A stretch of DNA of 64,000 bases, taken from NCBI GenBank assembly GCA_964016885.1, contig OZ024752.1:19530001-19594000 (forward strand), in the 5' to 3' direction. This document shows positions 37,401 through 50,024 of this stretch, in pieces. A program made the translations under genes and the position numbers. The first letter of the stretch is position 1. Each line of letters starts with the position of its first letter. The stretch is from Eledone cirrhosa (Eukaryota). A model generated the notes under the pieces. That model was not told where the DNA came from. It was given only the letters and a program-made list of their open reading frames with translations, and did no database searches.

Positions 37401-40400
37401 CTGTGTAATACTGATCTGTGACAAATATTAAAGGGAGAGATCTGTGTAATACTGATCTGTGACAGATATTAAAGGGAGAGATCTGTGTAATACTGATCTG
37501 TGACAAATATTAAAGGGAGAGATCTGTGTAATACTGATCTGTGACAAATATTAAAGGGAGAGATCTGTGTAATACTGATCTGTGACAGATATTAAAGGGA
37601 GTGATCTGTGTAATACTGATCTGTGACAGATATTAAAGGGAGAGATCTGTGTAATACTGATCTGTGACAAATATTAAAGGGAGTGATCTGTGTAATACTG
37701 ATCTGTGACAAATATTAAAGGGAGTGATCTGTGTAATACTGATCTGTGACAGATATTAAAGGGAGTGATCTGTGTAATACTGATCTGTGACAATTATTAA
37801 AGGGAGAGATCTGTGTAATACTGATCTGTGACAAATATTAAAGGGAGTGATCTGTGTAATACTGATCTGTGACATATATTAAAGGGAGAGATCTGTGTAA
37901 TACTGATCTGTGACAAATATTAAAGGGAGTGATCTGTGTAATACTGATCTGTGACAGATATTAAAGGGAGGGATCTGTGTAATACTGATCTGTGACAGAT
38001 ATTAAAGGGAGAGATCTGTGTAATACTGATCTGTGACAAATATTAAAGGGAGGGATCTGTGTAATACTGATCTGTGACAAATATTAAAGGGAGTGATCTG
38101 TGTAATACTGATCTGTGACAGATATTAAAGGGAGAGATCTGTGTAATACTGATCTGTGACAGATATTAAAGGGAGAGATCTGTGTAATACTGATCTGTGA
38201 CAGATATTAAAGGGAGAGATCTGTGTAATACTGATCTGTGACAGATATTAAAGGGAGAGATCTGTGTAATACTGATCTGTGACAGATATTAAAGGGAGAG
38301 ATCTGTGTAATACTGATCTGTGACAGATATTAAAGGGAGAGATCTGTGTAATACTGATCTGTGACAGATATTAAAGGGAGTGAGCTGTGTAATACTGATG
38401 TGTGACAGATATTAAAGGGAGTGATCTGTGTAATACTGATCTGTGACAGATATTAAAGGGAGAGATCTGCGTAATACTGATCTGTGACAAATATTAAAGG
38501 GAGTGATCTGTGTAATACTGATCTGTGACAAATATTAAAGGGAGAGATCTGCGTAATACTGATCTGTGACAAATATTAAAGGGAGAGATCTGCGTAATAC
38601 TGATCTGTGACAAATATTAAAGGGAGAGATCTGTGTAATACTGATCTGTGACAAATATTAAAGGGAGAGATCTGCGTAATACTGATCTGTGACAAATATT
38701 AAAGGGAGAGATCTGCGTAATACTGATCTGTGACAAATATTAAAGGGAGTGATCTGTGTAATACTGATCTGTGACAAATATTAAAGGGAGGGATCTGTGT
38801 AATACTGATCTGTGACACATATTAAAGGGAGAGATCTGCGTAATACTGATCTGTGACAAAAATTAAAGGGAGTGATCTGTGTATTACTGATCTGTGACAA
38901 ATATTAAAGGGAGAGATCTGTGTATTACGGATCTGTGACAAATATTAAAGGGAGTGATCTGTGTATTACTGATCTGTGACAAATATTAAAGGGAGGGATC
39001 TGTGTAATACTGATCTGTGACAAATATTAAAGGGAGGGATCTGTGTATTACTGATCTGTGACAGATATTAAAGGGAGTGATCTGTGTAATACTGATGTGT
39101 GACAAATATTAAAGGGAGTGATTTGTGTAATACTGATGAGTGACAAATATTAAAGGGAGTGATCTGTGTAATACTGATCTGTGACAGATATTAAAGGGAG
39201 AGATCTGTGTAATACTGATCTGTGACAAATATTAAAGGGAGGGATCTGTGTAATACTGATCTGTGACAAATATTAAAGGGAGAGATCTCTGTAATACTGA
39301 TCTGTGACAAATATTAAAGGGAGAGATCTGTGTAATACTGATGTGGGACAGATATTAAAGGGAGTGATCTGTGTAATACTGATCCGTGACAAATATTAAA
39401 GGGAGAGATCTGTGTAATACTGATCTGTGACAAATATTAAAGGGAGTGATCTGTGTAATACTGATGTGTGACAGATATTAAAGGGAGAGATCTGTGTAAT
39501 ACTGATCTCTGACAAATATTAAAGGGAGTGATCTGTGTAATACTGATCCGTGACAAATATTAAAGGGAGAGATCTGTGTAATACTGATCTGTGACAAATA
39601 TTAAAGAGTGTGATCTGTGTAATACTGATCTGTGACAAACATTAAAGAGAGTGATCTGTGTAATACTGATCTGTGACAGATATTAAAGGGAGTGATCTGT
39701 GTAATACTGATCTGTGACAGATATTAAAGAGAGTGATCTGTGTAATACTGATATGTGACAGATTTTAAAGAGAGTGATCTGTGTAATACTGATCTGTGAC
39801 AAATATTAAAGGGAGTGATCTGTTTAATACTGATCTGTGACAAATATTAAAGGGAGAGATCTGTGTAATACTGATCTGTGACAGATATTAAAGAGAGTGA
39901 TCTGTGTAATACTGATCTGTGACAGATATTAAAGGGAGTGCTCTGTGTAATACTGATCTCTGACACATATTAAAGGGAGAGATCTGTGTAATACTGATCC
40001 GTGACAAATATTAAAGGGAGAGATCTGTGCAATACTGATCCGTGACAAATATTAAAGGGAGTGATCTGTGTAATACTGATCTGTGACAGATATTAAAGGG
40101 AGAGATCTGTGTAATACTGATCTGTGACAAATATTAAAGGGAGAGATCTGTGTAATACTGATCTGTGACAAATATTAAAGAGAGTGATCTGTGTAATACT
40201 GATCTGTGACAAATATTAAAGGGAGAGATCTGTGTAATACTGATCCGTGCCAAATATTAAAGGGAGTGATCTGTGTAATACTGATCTGTGACAGATATTA
40301 AAGGGAGAGATCTGTGTAATACTGATCTGTGACAAATATTAAAGAGAGTGATCTGTGTAATACTGATCTGTGACAAATATTAAAGGGAGAGATCTGTGTA

Positions 40401-40820
40401 ATACTGATCTGTGACAAATTTTAAAGAGAGTGATCTGTGTAATACTGATCTGTGACAAATATTAAAGAGAGTGATCTGTGTAATACTGATCTGTGACAGA
40501 TATTAAAGGGAGTGATCTGTGACAGATATTAAAGAGAGTGATCTGTGTAATACTGATCTGTGACAAATATTAAAGGGAGTGATCTGTGTAATACTGATCT
40601 GTGACAAATATTAAAGGGAGTGATCTGTGTAATACTGATATGTGACAAATATTAAAGGGAGTAATCTGTGTAATACTGATGTGTGACAAATATTAAAGGG
40701 AGTAATCTGTGTAATACTGATCTGTGACAAATATTTAAGGGAGTGATCTGTGTAATACTGATCTGTGACAAATATTAAAGGGAGTGATCTGTGTAATACT
40801 GATCTGTGACAGATATTAAA
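28465..40820. repeat. 41-bp satellite, about 300 copies, with higher-order structure
   Basis: Consensus ATATTAAAGGGAGWGATCTGTGTAATACTGATCTGTGACAR; no ORFs in the track. Confidence 0.98.
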
Positions 40821-41125
40821 ACCCTATTAAAATATTTGATAAGTCATACTATCAGGTATGCCTTCGTGGTCATGTAGTTCCCAGCACTGCATTTTTACCT
40901 ATGGAGGTCTAATAATTTATATAAATGGTTTAATGATCCAGCCACAATAGTTTTCATCACCCTTGATAATCAAAGATAGATCATACATCTGAAGAAATTT
41001 CTTCTTTCACTCTCTGACTGACTTTAATAGACAGTGATCCTAATCCAGGTAGCACCACAATTCAAGTGGCACTCACTGCATGTGCCCTGAGTGCCATACT
41101 CTAGATCGCCTTGGTATATATATAT

Positions 41126-41430
41126 ATCATCATCATCTTCGTTTAACGTCCATTTTCCACGCTAGCATGGGTTAGACGGAAGTTGTCCCACTTGAGGCAA
41201 GGCTGGTCGGGTGACCGTGTCTCGCTCATATAGGACTATCTGGCATGTTTTCTATGGCTGGATGCCCTTCCTAACACCAACCACATTTACAGTGTGGAAC
41301 TGGAAACTTTTTACCGTGTTACCTACACGGCCACATTCCAGTGTGGACTGTGTGTGTTTTTTTGTCGTGACACCTACACAAACTCGATCTCATTTTCTCG
41401 TGCTGTTGGTGGGAGTGGGAGGATATAGGG
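41126..41430 (-). mobile_element. RTE family B-like 3' UTR fragment
   Basis: Matches 10781-11140. Confidence 0.85.
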
Positions 41431-41603
41431 TATATATATATACACATATATATAAGCAAAGAGATATTTAAATTGTTGGTTATTCAACAAATATATTTAT
41501 AACAGATTCGTAGCACTCTACAGATTTTCTGGAGTATAATATCAAATTGAACCTGAACTGATAAGGTTTCTTTGGTATGTTAATATTTATGAAACAAATT
41601 TTG

Positions 41604-41662
41604 TATTTTATCTGATGAGAGCGTACCAAAATGTTGGTACCCTTGAAATATATAATAAAATA
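41604..41662 (+). ncRNA. Type I HHR, intact core (family E)
   Basis: tattttat CTGATGA gagc-gtaccaa-aatg-ttggtac-cctt GAAA tata TA ataaaata. Confidence 0.75.
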
Positions 41663-41703
41663 AATATGGTTTTATAAAGATAGTTTCCATTTATTAATAT
41701 CAT

Positions 41704-41759
<56 letters not shown>

Positions 41760-41770
41760 CTCTCTCTCTC

Positions 41771-41892
<122 letters not shown>

Positions 41893-42377
41893 CATGGTGA
41901 CATTATATATTGAATCTCCAAACATAGAAGATCACCTAAAGATGATTTAAAGTTTGGAATACATGGCTTCTTCAGTAAATTATAAATATGACCTATTTCT
42001 TACACTTGTTTTGTTGTATAGATGTGGGTTTGAAAGCGCACCCTGTATAGTTCTTGAGATGTTTGTAGCTAGGCAGAGTCAATACAACATTGTATAGAAT
42101 ATTTTGCAGTATTCATTCCAGCTCTCTGAGTTCAAATCCCGCCGAGGACAACTTTGTTTTTCATCCATTCAAAGTCGCATAAAAAAGTACCAGTCTAGTA
42201 CTGGGGTGGATCCTTCCTCTATAACTCTTTCTCACTTCCTTTCTCTCATTCTCTCTATCCTTCTGTGGGAGAGACTGTATTCAGGCCTGGAGAGATAGGC
42301 TACGCCAGGTTGTCAAGTTGTCCTAGAAACGCTGTATGACAATATGACATCCTTATAACTCCTCAGGAGTTACCGGT

Positions 42378-45300
42378 CCATACCACACCACACCACATCA
42401 TACCACACCACACCACACCATACCACACCATACCACACCACACCACATCATACCACACCACACCATACCAAACCATACCATACCACACCATACCATACCA
42501 TACCACACCCTACCATACCATACCACACCATACAATACCACAACGCACCACACCACACCATACTACACCACACCATACCACACCACACCACATCATACCA
42601 CACCACACCACCACACCACACCATACCACACCACAACGCACCACACCACACCATACTACACCACACCATACCACACCACACCACATCATACCACACCACA
42701 CCACACCATACCACACCATACCACACCACACCATACCACACCACACCACACCATACCAAACCATACCATACCACACCATACCATACCATACCACACCCTA
42801 CCATACCATACCACACCATACAATACCACAACGCACCACACCACACCATACTACACCACACCATACCACACCACACCACATCATACCACACCACACCACC
42901 ACACCACACCATACCACACCACAACGCACCACACCACATCACACCATACCACACCATACCACATCACACCACACCACACCATACCACACCACACCATACC
43001 ACAACACACCATACCACACCACACCATACCACACCATACCACATCACACCACACCACACCATACCACACCACACCATACCACACCACACCACACCACACC
43101 ACACCATACCACACCATACCACACCACAACGCACCACACCACACCACAACGCACCACACCACACCATACCACACCACACCATACCACACCACAACGCACC
43201 ACACCACACCATACCACACCACACCATACCACACCACAACGCACCACACCACACCATACCACACCATACCACACCACAACGCACCACACCACACCACACC
43301 ATACCACACCATACCATATCACACCACACCACACCACACCATACCACACCACACCATACCACACCACAACGCACCACACCACACCATACCACACCACACC
43401 ATACCACACCACACCATACCACACCACAACGCACCACACCACACCACACCATACCACACCATACCATATCACACCACACCACACCACACCACACCACACC
43501 ACACCACACCATACCACACCACACCATACCACACCACAACGCACCACACCACACCACACCATACCACACCATACCATATCACACCACACCACACCACACC
43601 ACACCATACCATATCACACCACACCACACCACACCATACCACACCACACCATACCACACCACACCATACCACACCACAACGCACCACACCACACCATACC
43701 ACACCACACCACACCACACCACACCATACCACACCACAACGCACCACACCACACCATACCACACCATACCATATCACACCACACCATACCACACCATACC
43801 ACACCACACCACACCACACCACACCATACCATACCACACCACAACACACCACACCATACCATACCACACCACAACACACCACACCATACTACACCACACC
43901 ATACCACACCACACCATACCACACCACACCATACCACACCACACCATACCACACCACACCATACCACACCATACCATACCACACCACACCATACCACACC
44001 ATACCAGACCACAACGCACCACACCACACCATAGCCTACCACACCTCACCATACCATACTACACCACACCACACCATACCATACCACACCACATCATACC
44101 ACACCACAACGCACCACACCACACCATACTACACCACACCACAGCACACCACACCATACCACACCACACCATACCATACCACACCACACCACATCATACC
44201 ACACCATACCACACCACACCACACCATACCACACCACACCACACCATACCACACCACAACGCACAACACCACACCATACCACACCACAACGCACCACACC
44301 ATACCACACCACACCATACCACACCACAACGCACCACACCATACCACACCACAACGCACCACACCACACCATACCACACCACACCACACCATACCATACC
44401 ACACCACACCCTACCACACCACACCATACCACACCACACCATACCACACCATACCACACCATACCACACCATAGCCTACCATACCATACCACACCACACC
44501 ATACCACACCATACCATACCACACCATAGCCTACCATACCATACCACACCACACCATACCGCACCACACCACACCACACCACACCATACCACACACCATA
44601 CCATACCACACCACACCACACCACACCACACCATACCACACCATACCACACCACACCATACCATACCACACCATACACCATACCACACCACACCATTCCA
44701 CACCATACCATACCATACCACACCATACCATACCATACCACACCACACCATACCACACCACATCATACCACACCATACCACACCACACCACACCATACCA
44801 TACCACACCACACCACACCATACCATACCATACCACACCATACCATACCATACCACACCACACCATACCATACCACACCACACCACACCATACCACACCA
44901 TACCACACCACACCACACCATACCATACCACACCATACCACACCATACCATACCACACCACACCATACCACACCACACCATTCCACACCATACCATACCA
45001 TACCACACCATACCATACCACACCACACCACACCACACCACACCACACCATACCACACCACACCATACCACATCATACCATGCCACACCATACCCTACCA
45101 TACCACACCATACCCTACCATACCACACCATACCCTACCATACCACACCACACCACACCATACCACACCATACCATACTATACCATACCACACCACACCA
45201 CACCATACCACACCACACCATACCATACCATACCCTAGCATACCACACCACACCATACCATACCACACCATACCACACCACACCACACCATACCACACCA

Positions 45301-45796
45301 CACCATACCATACCATACCACACCACACCACACCATACCCTACCACACCACACCATACCACATCATACCATGCCACACCATACCCTACCATACCACACCA
45401 TACCACACCATACCATACCATACCACACCACACCACACCATACCCTAGCATACCACACCATACCATACCACACCATACCACACCACACCACACCATACCA
45501 CACCATACCCTACCATACCACACCACACCACATTACACCATACCACACCACACCACACCACACCCTACCACACCACACCATACGAGACCACACCCTACAA
45601 TACCACACCACACCACACCCTACCATACCATACCACACCACACCATACCCTACCACACCCTACCATACCACACCACATCCTACCACACCATACCCTACCA
45701 CACCACACCATACCATACAACACCCTACTACACCACACCACACCACACCACACTACAACACACCACACCACACCACACCACACCACACCCTACCAT
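42378..45796. repeat. Pentanucleotide CCAYA (CCACA/CCATA) array, 3.4 kb
   Basis: Direct inspection; variant units CAACG, CCCTA and TCATA occur in blocks. Confidence 0.97.
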
Positions 45797-46007
45797 ATTT
45801 GAGAAACAGTCTTTGCATAAAAAAAGGTTACTAAGAGAAAGTGAAAAAAGTGAAAGGAAGGAGAAATTGGGAGGCGATGACTCAGAGTTTGGATGTAAAA
45901 GTCTAAAGTCTCTCCCTGAGACAATCATGTGACTTTGCATGAAAAAGGAAGGGAACCAATCACTGGCTAGCTGGAAACGTGATATAAACATACACACATA
46001 TATATAT

Positions 46008-46392
46008 CTCTGGATGTCGGTGAGCATGTCCAGCCAACATCAGTCTCCTCTGTATCACTTTTGAGCTGACTTTTGGGAGGCTCCCATACAGCTCTGAGTT
46101 TTTCATCCTCAGTGTATACTGATTAATGTTCAGAGCCATCCTCAGCATTCTCGTGTAGCACCCATCCACCATCTGAGTGAGTTTCCTGGTCAGTGTCCAA
46201 GTCTCAGACTTGGGAGCCCCTACATGAACACACTAGAAGAGGAAGATCAAGGTTAACGTATGTTGATGCCCTAAGGACAGACACTGGTCTGTTGGAGATG
46301 CAGGACATGGCAGCGATAATGAGGGACAGAGACCGCTGGAGAGAACTCGTCCATGGATCTCGGGAATTTTACCCGCCTTAGATAGATAGATA
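46008..46392 (+). mobile_element. RTE-clade LINE (TAGA-tailed family) with 5' inversion
   Basis: 46008-46210 on minus (ETWTL...HRHPE), 46209-46381 on plus (WEPLH...FYPP*). Confidence 0.88.
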
Positions 46393-46660
46393 CATATATA
46401 TATACACATATATTTGTGATATAAACATACACATACACACATCTATGAGAGATACTCTCCCCCTCACTCTCTCTCTCCCCCTCTCCCCTTGTATTTGCCT
46501 GAACTAGATGTCAATTCTAATTATGTTAACTATTTCATCAAGTAATGTTTCCTTATTTGTTGATTGTTTTCAGTCAACTCGGCTGGACATAATCTCTGCA
46601 GTGTCCTAACTTAATCTGCTTCAGATTGTCTCATTAATTATTATATTAGTGTTATCAGCA

Positions 46661-46712
46661 AGCCAACGAGAGAGCCTCAGGGAAAGCAGATCTAAAAACC
46701 TAGCTCTTGGCT
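46661..46712 (+). ncRNA. Highly degenerate HHR-like motif
   Basis: agccaa CGAGAGA g-cctcagg GAAA gc...gc TC ttggct; stems are retained but the core is mutated. Confidence 0.4.
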
Positions 46713-47277
46713 GTCTTTAGTATGATGCTAAATTAGCAGAGTCGTTAAAGCATCGTTAAAGCATTGCTAAACCATAGAATGGTTTGCGGGATTCATTCTG
46801 GCTGTTTGCGTTCTGAGTTAAAATGCCACCGAGGCCAACTTTGCCTTCCATTCTCTCTCTCTGAATTGGTTCTATGAAAGTGCTAATAAAAAAGGACCGT
46901 TCACATTGTGAACCCAACAAATTCTTCCACTGACACGCTGCAAACTCAGAAAAAAAAAAAGAAAGAAAAGCCAACGCTATTGCAGTCTGAAGTAGATTTC
47001 TTCTCTTTAATCCAGCTGTCTTGGAGTGTCATCAACACTGGTCTCCTTTCTCTGACTAACTGATAAAACTTATGAATCTCAGTACTGGTACTAATTTTTA
47101 CTGGTACTAATTTTTAAGAATTTCAGAGGAACGGAAGATATTTTGTCAGACACTCTCTTGTATCAATCATTTATATGCATATGAATATATATATGTATAT
47201 ATATATATATATATATACATGACTATATATATAATTATATATTTATTTAGTTATGTAATAAACAACATAAGATAATT

Positions 47278-47343
47278 ATTTCATTTACCAGTGGTTTCTT
47301 GAAGACAGATACTTATGTCTGTCTTCATTCATCAGAAGAAATG
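47278..47343 (-). ncRNA. Type I HHR, intact core (family G)
   Basis: atttctt CTGATGA a-tgaagacaga..tctgtcttca-a GAAAC cactg GTA aatgaaat. Confidence 0.75.
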
Positions 47344-47374
47344 TATACATAATTATATATATAATTATATATAT

Positions 47375-47705
47375 ATCATCATCATTTCACGTCCGCTTTT
47401 CCCTGCTTGCAAGGTTGGGACGGGAACTGATTCTGGCTTGATTTCTACAGCTGGTTCTAACACCAACCTCTATTAAAGTGAGTGCTGGGTGCTTTTTTGC
47501 CATGGCGCCTACACGTCCACTTTACAGTGGAATGATAGGGAACCCAGTCCCTATCATCTCATTTCTACAGCTGAGTAAACTGAAGCAATGTGGAATAAAG
47601 TGTCTTGCTTGCTCAAGGAAACAACACTTCACCCGGTCTGAGAATTGAACTCACAACCTTTCGATTGCAAGACCAATGCTCTAACCACTAAGCCATGTGC
47701 CTCCA
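47375..47705 (-). mobile_element. Full-length tRNA-derived CORE-like SINE with RTE tail
   Basis: A-box TGGCTTAGTGG, B-box GAGTTCAATTC, CORE-like middle, RTE 3' UTR, (GAT)n. Confidence 0.88.
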
Positions 47706-47712
47706 TACATAT

Positions 47713-48172
47713 ACAGGGTGGGGCATAATTCCTGTTACAAAGTTTTAAATCAATTTAAAAATACATTATGTTGCTAATATAACTAATATATTTGTATCAA
47801 ATCCATGCACTATAACCATATTAACTATTTTTCAGAACATTACGCCATTAACAATTTGCAATGTCCATAGAATTGAAAAGAAAGTTCATTATAGAGAAGC
47901 ATGAAAAAAGGCCTGACTCCACCCAAGATATTTAAACTGGGGAAAATTCTTAAGATCAATAGAATGTTGATCAAAAGGACAATTGATCGATTTAAGGAAA
48001 CTTCCTCGACCAAAGACAGACCTCAATCCGGATGCCCTCGCACCTCAAGAACACCAAAAAAAACACCAAAACTCGTTAAAAGTGTGAGGGGAAAATAAGG
48101 CGTAATCTGAGAAGGTCCATGAGAAAAATGGCAGAAGAAGCAGAAACATCACCGAGAACTATGCGGAGGATA
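47713..48172 (+). mobile_element. Tc1/mariner-superfamily transposon 5' fragment
   Basis: TA|CAGGGTG terminus; frameshifted HTH region ...IDRFKETSSTKDRPQSGCPRTSRT...RRSMRKMA; interrupted by an RTE LINE. Confidence 0.8.
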
Positions 48173-49518
48173 TGTCTAAAGTTCTAGTTTGTAGGAAAGA
48201 AAATAAGGCACCGGTCCCTTCCGGGAAATGGCCATGCTCAGTGTGTAGGAAAGGCGTAGGTAGAAACTCCATTTTATGTCCCAAATGCAAAGTATGGGTG
48301 CATAAAAGATGTAGTGGGATCACAGGTAAGCTAACTAAGAACATAGATTTTACATGTGGCCGGTGCTCTGGTGCAATAAGTAGCAGCAAGTGCCCACAAA
48401 ATACTAGCTCTTTCAATTGCGCAGAGGGTTCTATAGAAATAGTGGACAGCTTCCGTTACCTGGGTGACAAAATCAGCAGTGGGGGAGGGTGCTCTGAAAG
48501 TACAGTAGCTAGAGTCAGAACTGGATGGAAAAAGTTCAGAGAGCTTATACCACTATTAGCCGCTAAAAATGAAAGGCAGGCTGTATGATGCCTGCATATG
48601 AACAGCAATGTTGCATGGCAGTGAGACCTGGGCATTGTGTGCAGAGGATATACGCAGACTAGAGAGGAACGAAGCTTGCATGCTCCGCTGGATGTGGAAT
48701 AGTAATATATGCGAACGGCAAAGCATAAACGAACTAAGGGAAAAATTAGAAATAAGAGGGATCAGATGTTGTTTAGTCGAGAGAAGGCTACGTTGATATG
48801 GTCACGTGATGTGCATGAAAGACGACAGCTGTATAACAAAGTGCAGGGCAATAAAGATAGACGGTAGCCACGGAGTAGGCAGACCCAGAAAAACCTGGGA
48901 CGACCTGATAAATTCCGACCTCACACACTTACACCTCTCCAAGACAATGTCACTGGACCGAGATCTTTGGCGGTACTCAGTAATAGAGAAGACCCGCCTT
49001 ACCTGAATACAAAGTAAAACCTACTACAGTCAGTAGGTATCTCTAACAAAACACACCCCCGTCCCACCACCCCCACCCCATCCACACCGCCCCTTTCAAT
49101 GTAAAGTTATGTTGGTGCCACAACATCCAGGCCGAAACAAATGAGATCGTGTGGGTGTCACGACAAAAAAACACACAGTCCACGCTGTAATGTGGCCGTG
49201 TAGGCAACACGGTAAAAACCTCCCAGCCCCACACTGTAAATGTGGTTGGTGTTAGGAAGGGCATCCAGCTGTAGAAAACCCGCCAGACAGTCCACGCTGT
49301 AATGTGGCCGTGTAGGCAACACGGTAAAAACCTCCCAGCCCCACACTGTAAATGTGGTTGGTGTTAGGAAGGGCATCCAGCTGTAGAAAACCCGCCAGAC
49401 AGTCCTATGCGAGCAAGACAACTACTCTTGCCTCAAGTGGGAAAACTCCCGTCCAAACCCATGCAAGCGTGAAACATGGACGTTAAACGATGATGATGAT
49501 GATGATGATGATGATGAT
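48173..49518 (+). mobile_element. RTE family B, 5'-truncated, with 112-bp duplication in 3' UTR
   Basis: Closely similar to 51002-52232; 49175-49286 is repeated at 49287-49398. Confidence 0.93.
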
Positions 49519-49545
49519 ATATATATACAATTATATATGTATATA

Positions 49546-49597
<52 letters not shown>

Positions 49598-49679
49598 AGG
49601 TAAACAGAAATAACAACACAATCAGTACAGTATATGGAAGGTATATATTAGGTTAACGCTTGAAATAGCAGGAAGAGGG

Positions 49680-49715
49680 TCTTAACGTTTCGGACGCTAA
49701 TCCTTCATCAGAAGA
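49680..49715 (-). ncRNA. Minimal type I HHR, intact core
   Basis: tctt CTGATGA a-gga-ttagcg-tcc GAAAC GTT aaga, inside a ~225-bp TA-flanked element (49590-49815). Confidence 0.8.
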
Positions 49716-49928
49716 AAGAATGAGAAATAAAATAAATTAAGGGGACGGGTGGGATGGAAGTGGAAAAAATGTCTTTAGATAAAAATAACAGGCCCATACA
49801 TGTTGACATCTCTTATACAATTATATATGTATATACATATATATATATACATATATATATATATGTATATACATATATATATATATATACATATATATAT
49901 ATGTGTAGAAACTTACACTTTTCATATA

Positions 49929-49982
<54 letters not shown>

Positions 49983-50024
49983 CATATATATATATATGTA
50001 TATACATATGTATATACATATATA

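Noticed and set aside
28465-40820. 41-bp or 75-bp arrays as CRISPR
   Set aside because: No unique spacers, no cas genes, eukaryotic context.
42448-45834. Long VWCG/VWYG and HTTP repeat ORFs
   Set aside because: Artefacts of the CCAYA pentamer array.
42270-45990. Coding exon interrupted by the CCAYA array
   Set aside because: The rejoined frame has three stops in ~100 codons and no recognisable motif.
47635-47705. tRNA gene
   Set aside because: A/B boxes are present but the cloverleaf is imperfect and runs into a SINE body and LINE tail.
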